Shown here: piece by piece, positions 1 to 9,817 of the stretch
How the letters are laid out: every line of letters starts with the position of its first letter
Position numbering within the stretch: position 1 is the stretch's first letter
From: Bacillus subtilis subsp. subtilis str. 168
GTDB lineage: Bacteria > Bacillota > Bacilli > Bacillales > Bacillaceae
Assembly (NCBI RefSeq): GCF_000009045.1
Contig: NC_000964.3
Span: 3,840,001-3,872,000, forward strand
DNA length: 32,000 nucleotides
Direction of reading: 5' to 3'
Notes under the pieces: generated by a model
The model's input: the letters and a program-made list of their open reading frames with translations, nothing else
Databases searched by the model: none
What the model was told of the DNA's origin: nothing
Position numbers and translations under genes: made by a program

Positions 1-1
1 C

Positions 2-1012
2 GCTTTTGGTTATGCTGCCGGCAGCCGTTTCATGTACTCAGCGAATCTCTTTTTTGATCAGCAGCTGAAAACCTGCGGGACCCGTTTGATTCACCCATTA
101 TATAACGGGAATCTTCATGTTGACGCCCTGATGAAAACTTTTGCAGACTTGTCTTTCCCTTCTTCTCTTTCATTCGAAGCATTTGAAAAGGCCAGGAATG
201 AGCTGCTGCTGAAAATCGAAAAGAAATTCACTGATCCCTTCTCCTACTCGGCGGCTCGCTTGGCTGAGGAGGTCTTCGGAAACCCGATGTACGGCACAGG
301 CATGTTTGGCCGGAGAGACAGGATAAAGGCGATTCATCCTAAACGGTTTCTCGACGCAACGGACTTTATCGTTGATTTAGTGTCCCAGCAAAAACAGCTG
401 AACATATTGGGACAAGTACAAGCATGTGATGTTCGGGGACATGCCCCGCAAACGTCCGCTGTAACGTCCGGAAGAATACCCGTAAACCGGCATGTTTTTG
501 AAACAGAGACACGCAGCGCTGCAGGTCCTTCCGTCTTGACACTCGGATTTGACTGCGGAGAGATGAAAGATGCCAGCGATTATATCAAAATACAGCTAAT
601 AGACGGATTACTGGGAAAGTACGGCCATTCCGCTTTATTCAAGCACTTCAGAGAGAAGGATCTGGCAGTCTATCACGTTATCACCCGTTACGATGTCATG
701 AACAATTTGCTGCTTGTTTCAATATGTACAGATCAGCTTCATGAGAAAGACATTCCCCCGCGCGTTTTGGAAGCTGTCTCAGCTTTTCATACAGATGAGC
801 GGGAACTAGAACAGGCAAAGCAGTTTTTACGCAATGAATTGCTGCTGCAATTCGATTCTCCCGAAGGTCTATTGGCCTATATGGGGGTCCTGCGCCGCTT
901 CTCCTGCACGAAAGAAGCCTTGCTGGATGGCATCTCAGCGGTTACATGCCGTGATGTATTGCAATTCATAGCGACCATCAATTATATCGGAGCTCATGTA
1001 GTAAGGGGATGA
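2..1012 (+). CDS. albE: AlbE-like subtilosin maturation/immunity peptidase-family protein, 5' truncated by window edge
   Basis: Reading frame is open from the window edge (AFGYAAGSRF upstream of the listed Met at 32). It is followed directly by albF and albG in the conserved order. Confidence 0.88.
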   Translation, partial: AFGYAAGSRFMYSANLFFDQQLKTCGTRLIHPLYNGNLHVDALMKTFADLSFPSSLSFEAFEKARNELLLKIEKKFTDPFSYSAARLAEEVFGNPMYGTGMFGRRDRIKAIHPKRFLDATDFIVDLVSQQKQLNILGQVQACDVRGHAPQTSAVTSGRIPVNRHVFETETRSAAGPSVLTLGFDCGEMKDASDYIKIQLIDGLLGKYGHSALFKHFREKDLAVYHVITRYDVMNNLLLVSICTDQLHEKDIPPRVLEAVSAFHTDERELEQAKQFLRNELLLQFDSPEGLLAYMGVLRRFSCTKEALLDGISAVTCRDVLQFIATINYIGAHVVRG

Positions 1013-1016
1013 AGAG

Positions 1017-2297
1017 ATGGAAAAGAAAGCCTTTTTTCAACAGCTGGATGAACGAACCGATATCAGATACACAGACAGCGGACTAAAAATATTCAGATTG
1101 AAATTCCCCCGCGCCCACCTGCGGCTGTGCAATGTAAAAATCGATTTTGGAAGCCGGGATGTATGTATACGGGCAGAATCCGGTGATACACTGCTTCCGT
1201 ATGGCACAGCACATTTTTTAGAGCATCTTCTCTTCTGGCATAACGGCCGCAATCTGTACAGTGATTTTTTTGCGCATGGCGCGCTTTTAAACGCATTCAC
1301 TACCTACACCGATACCAATTTCATGTTTACCTCATTACCGGATCGGCTCAGACAAACGATTCCCATCCTGCTTGATGCTTTATGGAACCACTCATTTGAC
1401 AAGAAGATTGTCGCTCAGGAAAAAGCTGTGATTACAAGCGAAATTCAAACAGCACACCTTAACCATCAGCTCTCATATCATTATCAGCTGATCAGCATGC
1501 TTTCTCCCTCCTCACCAGCTGCCGTTTTCCCCGCAGGCAGAATCGAAGATATTGAGGCGCTGGACATCAGTGATTTACAAAAAGCCTATAAGGCTGCCTA
1601 CCAAGCCCATCGGATGACGCTGTTTTTGATTGGGGGCTCAGAAAATACAGAAACGCTTTTGCCTCCTCACCTCCAGCTGGAAAAGCGTCCGGATTATCAT
1701 GCTGAAAGAAAAATCATCCCGGCATGCCCTCCAGTCCTCTCACAAAAAATGATGCTGGGTGATGAGGAGCGGATGGAAGATACCTGGACCGGATTACAGA
1801 TCGGCGCACTTCCCGGGCAAAACGATCTGTTGTCGATAAAGCTTTATTGGGATATCGCGGCTCGTATTCTATTTCAATTAGATTCACCGTTTTTTCAAGA
1901 GATTCAGCAAACGTACCGCCTGGAAATCGATCGCTTGTCAGCCGAGACTTATATATATGAGGATGGCGGTTTCTTGATCCTTCACAGTCAAGGGACCCAT
2001 TCTTCAGCTTATATCGATGTGGCTTCATACTATGTCACACAGAAGAAAGAACAGGTTGCCGCCTGGCTTCAATACGGCAAGGACTCTTTGACAGACGCGA
2101 TCATTTATGACAGCGATTATGTGCGTAAATGCTTCGAGTGGGCAGCCGAGTGTGACAGGTGCGATTGCTCGTTTCTTGACATGTACCACATCATTCAAGA
2201 TATGGATGCGCAGGTTTTCTTGTCTCTCATTGATGCAATGGCATCTTCTAACAAAGCGATCATTCACGTTTCTCAGAAAGAGGCGATCAGACAATGA
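1017..2297 (+). CDS. albF: AlbF, M16-family zinc peptidase-like protein of subtilosin processing
   Basis: 426 aa ORF with the inverted zinc motif HFLEHLLFW (HxxEH). Located 4 nt after albE and overlaps albG. Confidence 0.93.
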   Translation: MEKKAFFQQLDERTDIRYTDSGLKIFRLKFPRAHLRLCNVKIDFGSRDVCIRAESGDTLLPYGTAHFLEHLLFWHNGRNLYSDFFAHGALLNAFTTYTDTNFMFTSLPDRLRQTIPILLDALWNHSFDKKIVAQEKAVITSEIQTAHLNHQLSYHYQLISMLSPSSPAAVFPAGRIEDIEALDISDLQKAYKAAYQAHRMTLFLIGGSENTETLLPPHLQLEKRPDYHAERKIIPACPPVLSQKMMLGDEERMEDTWTGLQIGALPGQNDLLSIKLYWDIAARILFQLDSPFFQEIQQTYRLEIDRLSAETYIYEDGGFLILHSQGTHSSAYIDVASYYVTQKKEQVAAWLQYGKDSLTDAIIYDSDYVRKCFEWAAECDRCDCSFLDMYHIIQDMDAQVFLSLIDAMASSNKAIIHVSQKEAIRQ

Positions 2298-2995
2298 AAC
2301 AAAGCACTGTCTTTACCCTTTTATTGCTGCTTATAGGTATGGCGGCTTATTCCTTCGGCTGGGTTCAGGCCGTTGCCGAAGCCGCCGCCCAATATGTACA
2401 GATGATCAACAATGATGCTGTGCGGCTCGGACTGCTGGCTTGTACCGCTGCCCTCCTGATGCTGCCTGCTTTTCTCTATCTTCACTATGTCACCCAATCC
2501 GTGAAAAACATGACAGCAGCTTTTCAGAAACTCACACAGTCTCATCAAAGCTGCTGTGACTTTCAGCAACACAACTTGTGCAGCCGATATGCAGAAGACG
2601 TCAAATCGCTGCGTGACAGCTATAAAAACGTCCGCCAAACATACGTGATGGCTGCCGTGTTGTGCCAAGTCATCATATTCGGCTGCATGTTCGAAATCGT
2701 TAAAGCCGTCCCTTTCCGCCTTCATACGCCCCCTGCCTTTTCAATGGGACTTGCGATGCTACTGATCCTGTATTTATTGTTTTGCATGCGAACGTATTTG
2801 CGGCAGCTTTTCCGGCACGGCAGCCTGTTCAGAAAAGTGTTTGCGGGAGCACTGGCAGCAGCCGGGATTTGGTGGATGCTCAGTTTCTCTATAAGTGAAC
2901 TGCTGTTTCTGATTATCCTGGCTGCCATTCAGCAAATCGGATCATTTATTTATAAACGATTCTCTTATCACAGCACCGCTTCTCTTGATCTATAA
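2294..2995 (+). CDS. albG: AlbG, integral membrane protein of the subtilosin cluster
   Basis: 233 aa with several hydrophobic segments. Start overlaps the albF stop by 4 nt (ATGA). Confidence 0.9.
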   Translation: MKQSTVFTLLLLLIGMAAYSFGWVQAVAEAAAQYVQMINNDAVRLGLLACTAALLMLPAFLYLHYVTQSVKNMTAAFQKLTQSHQSCCDFQQHNLCSRYAEDVKSLRDSYKNVRQTYVMAAVLCQVIIFGCMFEIVKAVPFRLHTPPAFSMGLAMLLILYLLFCMRTYLRQLFRHGSLFRKVFAGALAAAGIWWMLSFSISELLFLIILAAIQQIGSFIYKRFSYHSTASLDL

Positions 2996-3000
2996 AATAG

Positions 3001-4377
3001 CTACATCGCAATCGCAGACGGACCCGCGCCAACCGGAATCACCGTCACGGCTGTATAATCACTTGTGCGGTACACGGTCACAGCATTGTCGTTGGGCTGT
3101 GCCGCATAAATATACTGTTTGTCCGGCGTTACGGCGAGGTCAAAGGCGCCGGGGAGAGACACGTTTGCAATGATCCTCTGTCTGGCCGTATTAACTACGT
3201 ATAAGTTATTAATGAGAAACGGTTCACTATATGGCTCTAGAAAATAAGCTCTAGTACTATCGAGAGAAAATACAATCGTCCTCAGCGTTTCAAATAAACG
3301 GCTGAAGTCCCCTCCCCTGCTTAATGGTGACAAACTAATCTCCGTTACACCTTTCGGCCACAGCTCACCATTCAATACGTACGCAAAATTTCCAGCGTAA
3401 GGAGTTGTAATTAAACTGGGAAATTCAAATGTATCTATGATACTTTCTACCAACTGCCCAGTATTTACATCATATTTATCAACCGACCAACTGCTTCCAT
3501 TAGCGGTATAGACATACTGTCCATTCGGATCAAGAGCAAAGTCTAAAGCGCCGGGTATCGGAATGACATCAATGACCGATTGAGAGGCCGTGTTAATCAC
3601 ATATATAGATCCGGCGGCCATCACGTATGCGAACTCATCTGTTGGATCAAATTCGATTTTTCTCGGCCCTCCTCCAACAGTAATGGTATTTATGATGGTT
3701 AATGTTTTATTATCAATCACTGAGACAAGGTTGGTATTTCCATGGAGGACATACGTGAATGCTTTATCGAAAGTAACGCCTAGATTAGTTGGCACGTCAG
3801 AAAAAGGGATTGTTTTTACAACAGTGTTTAAATCTGCATCAATAACCGAAACCGTGCTGTCTCCAGTATTGGCAGTAAACACATACGATTGAGGGTCTGG
3901 TGATGGCGGTAAAACAAGTGTCCCGGCCACCGTAAGCGGACTGCCGTAGAAAGGCGGTACAATGAGCAGATCTTCCACTGTTATTTGACTGAAATCAGGA
4001 CAGCGGCCAGACTGTGCTGCATAATAAACAACTTGATCAATCTCTTCAGTATGAATCACAGAAACAGCCCCGTCTCCTTGTCCATATTGATTTCGTACAG
4101 GCGACACACTGACAAGAAGCGTAATGGTCCCTTGTACTCTCACAGCATATCGAACACCGATATCTTCTGGTTCCGGCCCAGTCTGGATTAAGCAAGGCTC
4201 ACTGATACAGGACAAATTGTCTGTACTCCATGTAACAGCCGCTGACGCTTCGGCCGTATCAACCTTGAAGCCCTCAGGGAAATCTATCGGCACTTGAAAC
4301 GGCGCTTCCCGGCTAATTTCCTCATCACAAAAACAGAAACAATTTTCCTGTAAAGCAGAAAGATCATTCTTTTTCAT
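3001..4377 (-). CDS. ywhL: YVTN-type beta-propeller repeat protein with a conserved Cys-containing N-terminal domain, unknown function
   Basis: 458 aa; repeated YVFTAN...STVSVIDxxxNTVV blade motifs; paralogous to the adjacent ORF. Confidence 0.85.
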   Translation of the reverse strand: MKKNDLSALQENCFCFCDEEISREAPFQVPIDFPEGFKVDTAEASAAVTWSTDNLSCISEPCLIQTGPEPEDIGVRYAVRVQGTITLLVSVSPVRNQYGQGDGAVSVIHTEEIDQVVYYAAQSGRCPDFSQITVEDLLIVPPFYGSPLTVAGTLVLPPSPDPQSYVFTANTGDSTVSVIDADLNTVVKTIPFSDVPTNLGVTFDKAFTYVLHGNTNLVSVIDNKTLTIINTITVGGGPRKIEFDPTDEFAYVMAAGSIYVINTASQSVIDVIPIPGALDFALDPNGQYVYTANGSSWSVDKYDVNTGQLVESIIDTFEFPSLITTPYAGNFAYVLNGELWPKGVTEISLSPLSRGGDFSRLFETLRTIVFSLDSTRAYFLEPYSEPFLINNLYVVNTARQRIIANVSLPGAFDLAVTPDKQYIYAAQPNDNAVTVYRTSDYTAVTVIPVGAGPSAIAM

Positions 4378-4415
4378 GATTTCACGTCCTTTTAGAAATG
4401 CACAACATGCAGCGG

Positions 4416-5771
4416 TTAAATCGTAATGGCACCCGGTGAAACCCCAAGAGATATCACAGTTTCCTCAGAATAATCATCTGTGTTGTAAACAATGATGCTC
4501 TGCTCTATAAAACGAGTTGCATACAGAAAATCGCCATTCGGGGTAAACGCATAGTCTGTTGCTGATTGCGGAACATTTCCTATAACGCCTGCTCCATTTG
4601 GACTGACAGAATATAAATTGCCAGTGAAGCCGTCATATAAATACACCTCTGCTCCACTCGTAAACATTCGATATTCCCCTTCATACTCCAGCTCTTGGGT
4701 GCTGCTGATGGTAAACGTATTTAAATCAATAACCGTCAAATAATTAAAAAAGAATTCTTGTTCTAATACATAGGCATACCGCTCCGGCCAATTTGTTTCT
4801 ATGGTTGATACGATAAGCTCTCGTTCAATTGTTCCTGTGACTTCACCGGTAGTTAGGTCCACTTTTTGCACTATTCCAAAATTCAGAACATAGGCGAATA
4901 ACCCATTGGGATCGATTGCAACATCATATCCTTCCACAGGAATCGACCTATCCACAGTTAACGTATCAATTCCAATCACATAAACCGCAGTACCGGTGAA
5001 AACATAAGCAAACTCATGATTAGGGATAAATCTAATCAATCGAGGCGGCTGATCCAGCAATATAGTTGCTGTCACTGTTAATGTGTCATAATCGATGACA
5101 GAAATCACATTATTGTTGGGATGTAAGACAAACACAGCGCTTTTATCTGGCGTAATTTCAATACCTGCCGGATTGTACGGAAGAGCAATCGTTGTCACAA
5201 CAGTATCGGTGTTTGTATCAATCACAGAAACTGATTGATCATTTGGATTCGCTGTAAACGCGTAGACGGGTTCCGGCTCCGGTACAAGCACAATTGTCCC
5301 CGTCACCGATAAAGGACTGCCGTAAAACGGCGGAACAACAACAAGGTTCTCAATCGTGATGTCACTGATATCCGGGCAATCATCCGATTCATCGGAATAA
5401 TAGACGACTTGATCGATTTCTGCATTGTGAATGACGGAAACAGCCCCGTCCCCTTGTCCATATTGATTTCGGACAGGTGAGACACTGACGAGTAGCGTAA
5501 CGGTTCCCTGCAGGCGCACTGCAAATTGAACACCGACCTCATCAGGCTCAGGCCCCGTTTGAATTAAGCAACGGTCACTGACACAAGAAAGGCTGTCTGC
5601 ATTCCACGTCACGTTTGCAACAGCTTCAGCCGGATCAACGACAAACCCTTCAGGTAATTCAATCGGTGCTTGAAACATGGCTTCTCGGCTTGCTTCTCCC
5701 TCACAAAAACATAAGCACTCTTCTTGTTCTGCTCCTGCTTTTTCTTTAAAGGAAAGCTTGTTTTTTCTCAT
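4416..5771 (-). CDS. ywhK: YVTN-type beta-propeller repeat protein, paralog of the neighbouring gene
   Basis: 451 aa; blades such as [27 protein letters not shown]-terminal domain closely resembles YwhL. Confidence 0.85.
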
Positions 5772-5915
5772 TCCTTCACTTCCTTTTCAGACATACACTG
5801 CTCACGCAGATATAACAGAATATGGAAGGGTAACGTGTTTGCTTGTACAAATTGCTGAGGGTAAACGCTTCTTTTTGAAAATATATCTCCAAACATGCGG
5901 TGTAACGAAAGAAAA

Positions 5916-5932
5916 AATTGCGGTTTTTTTGC
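5916..5932 (+). promoter_or_regulatory. Candidate ComA box upstream of rapF
   Basis: TTGCGGTTTTTTTGCGC resembles the ComA recognition dyad (TTGCGG-N4-CCGCAA). rapF is a known ComA target. Confidence 0.6.
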
Positions 5933-5948
5933 GCTTCTCACAAGAATG

Positions 5949-5977
5949 TTGATGATAAAATATGACATATATAGAAT
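5949..5977 (+). promoter_or_regulatory. Candidate sigma-A promoter of rapF
   Basis: TTGATG (5949-5954), 17-nt spacer, TAGAAT (5972-5977), downstream of the ComA-box-like site. Confidence 0.55.
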
Positions 5978-6000
5978 TATGAAGGGAGGGATTTGCAAAC

Positions 6001-7146
6001 GTGACAGGTGTCATATCTTCTTCTTCCATCGGAGAAAAGATTAACGAATGGTATATGTACATACGCCGATTCAGCATACCCGATGCAGAATATTTGCGAC
6101 GAGAAATCAAGCAAGAGCTGGATCAAATGGAAGAAGATCAAGACCTTCATTTGTACTATTCACTGATGGAGTTTCGGCACAACCTAATGCTTGAGTACCT
6201 TGAACCGTTAGAAAAAATGAGGATTGAGGAACAGCCGAGACTGTCTGATCTGCTGCTTGAGATTGATAAAAAACAGGCTCGTTTAACTGGTCTGCTTGAG
6301 TACTATTTTAACTTCTTCAGAGGCATGTACGAGCTGGACCAGCGGGAATATCTGTCGGCTATTAAATTTTTCAAAAAGGCCGAAAGCAAGCTGATATTCG
6401 TTAAGGATCGGATAGAGAAAGCTGAGTTTTTCTTTAAGATGTCTGAATCTTATTACTATATGAAACAAACGTATTTTTCAATGGACTATGCACGGCAAGC
6501 ATATGAAATATACAAAGAACATGAAGCTTATAATATAAGATTGCTGCAGTGTCATTCTTTATTTGCCACCAATTTTTTAGATTTAAAACAGTATGAGGAT
6601 GCCATCTCACATTTTCAAAAAGCTTATTCTATGGCAGAAGCTGAAAAGCAGCCCCAATTAATGGGGAGAACTTTGTACAATATCGGGCTTTGTAAAAACA
6701 GCCAAAGCCAATATGAGGATGCCATACCTTATTTCAAAAGAGCAATAGCTGTTTTTGAAGAATCAAATATTCTTCCTTCCTTACCTCAAGCGTATTTTTT
6801 AATTACACAGATCCATTATAAATTAGGAAAAATAGATAAAGCTCATGAATATCATAGTAAGGGAATGGCTTATTCACAAAAGGCCGGAGATGTAATATAT
6901 TTATCAGAGTTTGAATTTTTGAAATCTTTATACTTATCAGGCCCGGATGAAGAAGCAATTCAAGGATTTTTTGATTTTCTCGAAAGTAAAATGTTGTATG
7001 CTGATCTTGAAGATTTCGCTATTGATGTGGCAAAATATTATCATGAACGTAAAAATTTTCAAAAAGCTTCTGCTTATTTTTTGAAGGTGGAACAAGTAAG
7101 GCAACTTATTCAAGGAGGAGTGAGTTTGTATGAAATTGAAGTCTAA
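6001..7146 (+). CDS. rapF: RapF, TPR-containing response-regulator inhibitor
   Basis: 381 aa, GTG start with a GGGAGG-like RBS. Typical Rap N-terminal bundle plus TPR repeats; followed by phrF. Confidence 0.95.
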   Translation: MTGVISSSSIGEKINEWYMYIRRFSIPDAEYLRREIKQELDQMEEDQDLHLYYSLMEFRHNLMLEYLEPLEKMRIEEQPRLSDLLLEIDKKQARLTGLLEYYFNFFRGMYELDQREYLSAIKFFKKAESKLIFVKDRIEKAEFFFKMSESYYYMKQTYFSMDYARQAYEIYKEHEAYNIRLLQCHSLFATNFLDLKQYEDAISHFQKAYSMAEAEKQPQLMGRTLYNIGLCKNSQSQYEDAIPYFKRAIAVFEESNILPSLPQAYFLITQIHYKLGKIDKAHEYHSKGMAYSQKAGDVIYLSEFEFLKSLYLSGPDEEAIQGFFDFLESKMLYADLEDFAIDVAKYYHERKNFQKASAYFLKVEQVRQLIQGGVSLYEIEV

Positions 7147-7249
7147 ACTATTACTCTCTTGTCTGGCTCTAAGCACTGTGTTCGTGGCAACAACTATTGC
7201 AAATGCACCTACACACCAAATTGAAGTTGCACAACGAGGAATGATTTAA
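7130..7249 (+). CDS. phrF: PhrF signalling peptide precursor (mature pentapeptide QRGMI)
   Basis: Manual translation: MKLKSKLLLSCLALSTVFVATTIANAPTHQIEVAQRGMI*. Signal peptide, C-terminal QRGMI, overlaps the rapF 3' end by 17 nt. Not in the supplied ORF list. Confidence 0.95.
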   Translation: MKLKSKLLLSCLALSTVFVATTIANAPTHQIEVAQRGMI

Positions 7250-7272
7250 CCGCCGTCCATCGGCGGTTTTTT
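7250..7272 (+). terminator. Intrinsic terminator of rapF-phrF
   Basis: CCGCCG TCCAT CGGCGG TTTTTT directly after the phrF stop. Confidence 0.9.
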
Positions 7273-7347
7273 CGTCCCCTCTTTACCAAAGTCTCCCAAT
7301 CCATGCTATGATCTTTTCAATAATCTTGAAGAGAGTGGAAATGCAGC

Positions 7348-7821
7348 ATGTCTCTAAAAAGTGTGAGAACCCACTTTACTCAATGGAATCGAGAAAATGA
7401 TGTGACGGAGTTCGAAACGTCGAGTGCGACAGTTGAACAGGCAGCTGAGACAATCGGCGTAAGCCTGTCTAGAATCGCCAAGTCCCTGTCCTTCAGAGGG
7501 GAAGGAGATCAGGTGATTCTGATTGTGGCAGCCGGCGATGCCAAGATCGACAACAAAAAGTCCAGGCAAACATTTGGCTTTAAAGCAAGAATGCTCTCTC
7601 CTAATGAGGTGCTGGAGCAGACAGGCCATGAAATTGGAGGAGTTTGCCCATTTGGATTGGCTCATGATCCTGAGGTTTATCTTGATGTATCGCTGAAACG
7701 GTTTCAGACTGTTTTCCCCGCATGCGGCAGCAGAAACTCCGCTATTGAATTAACACCGAAAGAATTATCCGAATTTTCTTTCTCAAAAGTGTGGATTGAT
7801 GTTTGTAAAGACTGGGAATAA
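7348..7821 (+). CDS. ywhH: YbaK/EbsC (prolyl-tRNA editing-domain) family protein
   Basis: 157 aa with the family-like segments IDNKKSRQTFGFKARMLSPNEV and GGVCPFGL. Confidence 0.85.
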   Translation: MSLKSVRTHFTQWNRENDVTEFETSSATVEQAAETIGVSLSRIAKSLSFRGEGDQVILIVAAGDAKIDNKKSRQTFGFKARMLSPNEVLEQTGHEIGGVCPFGLAHDPEVYLDVSLKRFQTVFPACGSRNSAIELTPKELSEFSFSKVWIDVCKDWE

Positions 7822-7823
7822 AA

Positions 7824-7850
7824 AAACATCCAGACATCGTCTGGATGTTT
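7824..7850. terminator. Bidirectional terminator shared by ywhH and speB
   Basis: AAACATCCAGAC-ATC-GTCTGGATGTTT, a perfect 12-bp stem between convergent genes. Confidence 0.85.
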
Positions 7851-7852
7851 AC

Positions 7853-8725
7853 TTATTTCACAAACCCAAGCAGCATTTCACGGATGATTTTGCTGGCTGT
7901 GTTTGCCGTTTGCTCTGAGTGGTCGTATACCGGCGCGACTTCCACTAAATCAGCGCCCTTTACGTTTACCTCTGAACGCGCAATTTCATGGACCGATGCA
8001 AGCAGTTCTTTAGACGTGATGCCGCCGGCGTCAACCGTTCCTGTACCCGGTGCGTGTGCAGGGTCTAATACGTCAATGTCAATTGTGACATAAACCGGAC
8101 GGCCCGCCAGCTTCGGAAGCACCTCTTTCAGCGGTTCAAGCACTTCAAATTTTGAGATGTGCATGCCGTTTTCCTTCGCCCATTCAAACTCTTCTTTCAT
8201 GCCGGAACGGATTCCGAATGAATACACATTGTGCGGTCCGATCAATTCTGCCGCCTTACGGATCGGCGTGGAGTGAGAAAGCGGTTCTCCCTCATAATCA
8301 ACACGAAGATCTGTATGTGCGTCAAAATGGATAATCGCAAGGTCTGGGTATTTCTTGTACATCGCTTTAATGACAGGCCATGACACGAGGTGCTCCCCGC
8401 CCATACCCATTGGGAACTTCCCTTTTTCTAAAATGCTGTCCACGTACTCTTCAATCATATCCAGGCTTCGCTGCGGATTTCCGAACGGCAGCGGAATGTC
8501 GCCAGCGTCAAAGAAGTTCAAGTCAGCCAGATCGCGGTCTAAATATGGGCTGTATTCCTCAAGGCCGATTGACACCTCACGGATTCTGCTTGGACCAAAG
8601 CGTGAGCCCGGGCGATAGCTGACTGTCCAGTCCATCGGCATGCCGTAAAGAATGGCGTCCGCCTCTTCCCACTCGGGACGGCTCGCGATAAATACTTTTC
8701 CTGAATAAGCTTCATCAAATCTCAT
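7853..8725 (-). CDS. speB: Agmatinase (ureohydrolase family)
   Basis: 290 aa with ureohydrolase motifs GGEH, DAHTD and SIDVDVLDPAHAPGTG-like (VTIDIDVLDPAHAPGTG). Confidence 0.95.
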   Translation of the reverse strand: MRFDEAYSGKVFIASRPEWEEADAILYGMPMDWTVSYRPGSRFGPSRIREVSIGLEEYSPYLDRDLADLNFFDAGDIPLPFGNPQRSLDMIEEYVDSILEKGKFPMGMGGEHLVSWPVIKAMYKKYPDLAIIHFDAHTDLRVDYEGEPLSHSTPIRKAAELIGPHNVYSFGIRSGMKEEFEWAKENGMHISKFEVLEPLKEVLPKLAGRPVYVTIDIDVLDPAHAPGTGTVDAGGITSKELLASVHEIARSEVNVKGADLVEVAPVYDHSEQTANTASKIIREMLLGFVK

Positions 8726-8785
8726 CTATAATACCCTCGCTTTCCTGTAAAAAAGCGCAAGATTCGCTCCTGCGCCATACCTTCA

Positions 8786-9616
8786 TTATTTAATCAGGTC
8801 ACTCACAAATTTCGGCAGAACAAACGCCGCTTTATGAATATCTTTTGTGTAATATTTCGTCTCAATATCGAAGAAACGGCTGTCTTCCACTGCAAGCGGA
8901 TCATATTTTTTCGAGCCAATTGTAAATGTCCACAAACCGCTTGGATATGTCGGAATGTTCGCCGTATACAGCTTCGTAATCGGGAAGATTTCCTTCACGT
9001 CGCGCTGTACATTTGTGATTAATTCCGGTGTAAACCATGGGTTGTCCGTCTGCGCAACGAAAATACCGTCTTCTTTCAGCGCTTTTGCGATTCCTGCGTA
9101 GAATCCTTTTGTAAACAGGTTTACAGCCGGTCCGACTGGTTCAGTCGAATCTACCATGATGACGTCATATTGATTTTCAGATTTTGCAATGTGCATAAAT
9201 CCGTCATCTACCTGCACGTCAACGCGCGGATCATCCAGTTTGCCTGCGATAGAAGGAAGGAACTTTTTAGAGTATTCGATAACCTTGCCGTCAATATCTA
9301 CAAGTGTCGCTTTTTTCACGCTTGGGTGCTTCAGGATTTCTCTGATAACGCCGCCGTCACCGCCGCCGACTACGAGAACGTGCTCCGGATTTGGGTGCGT
9401 GAATAATGGGACATGCGCCACCATTTCGTGATAAACGAATTCGTCTTTTTCAGATGTCATCACCATGCCGTCCAAAAAAAGCATGTTGCCGAACTCTTCT
9501 GTTTCCACCATTTCTAAATGCTGAAACTCCGTTTGTTCTGTATGTAACGTCTTGTTAACCTTCATCGTAATGCCAAAGTTTTTCGTCTGCTTCTCTGTGT
9601 ACCAAAGTTCGCTCAA
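8786..9616 (-). CDS. speE: Spermidine synthase
   Basis: 276 aa; [17 protein letters not shown] and [10 protein letters not shown] motifs; upstream of speB in an operon-like arrangement. Confidence 0.95.
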   Translation of the reverse strand: MSELWYTEKQTKNFGITMKVNKTLHTEQTEFQHLEMVETEEFGNMLFLDGMVMTSEKDEFVYHEMVAHVPLFTHPNPEHVLVVGGGDGGVIREILKHPSVKKATLVDIDGKVIEYSKKFLPSIAGKLDDPRVDVQVDDGFMHIAKSENQYDVIMVDSTEPVGPAVNLFTKGFYAGIAKALKEDGIFVAQTDNPWFTPELITNVQRDVKEIFPITKLYTANIPTYPSGLWTFTIGSKKYDPLAVEDSRFFDIETKYYTKDIHKAAFVLPKFVSDLIK

Positions 9617-9817
9617 TTGTCATCTCCCTTTCGAGGCTGTATTCATTTATTGTAAGCGTCTTATCAGCTTTTATTCTCGGTTGAAATCTCATTTTCACCT
9701 AAGGAAAAAGTATAGAGGATGGCGGGGAAAAAGTAAAGATGCGTCCTGTTCTGCGATGTTTAAAAACGATCTTTTTTTCTCATAATAGTAGAAACATAAA
9801 AAAAGGGGGAACCCGTT

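Noticed and set aside
1037-1300. 87-aa antisense ORF inside albF, and similar shadow ORFs (for example 1714..2028, 2321..2725)
   Set aside because: Fully inside convincing genes on the other strand, low-complexity or unfamiliar proteins, no RBS support.
2-2995. Two peptidase-like proteins plus a membrane protein as an undescribed peptide-modification system
   Set aside because: Sequence and order match albE-albF-albG of the known subtilosin A cluster; the precursor and radical SAM genes would lie to the left, outside the window.
5677-5952. 91-aa ORF spanning the ywhK/rapF intergenic region
   Set aside because: Covers the predicted ComA box region and overlaps the ywhK 5' end antisense; no homology recognised.
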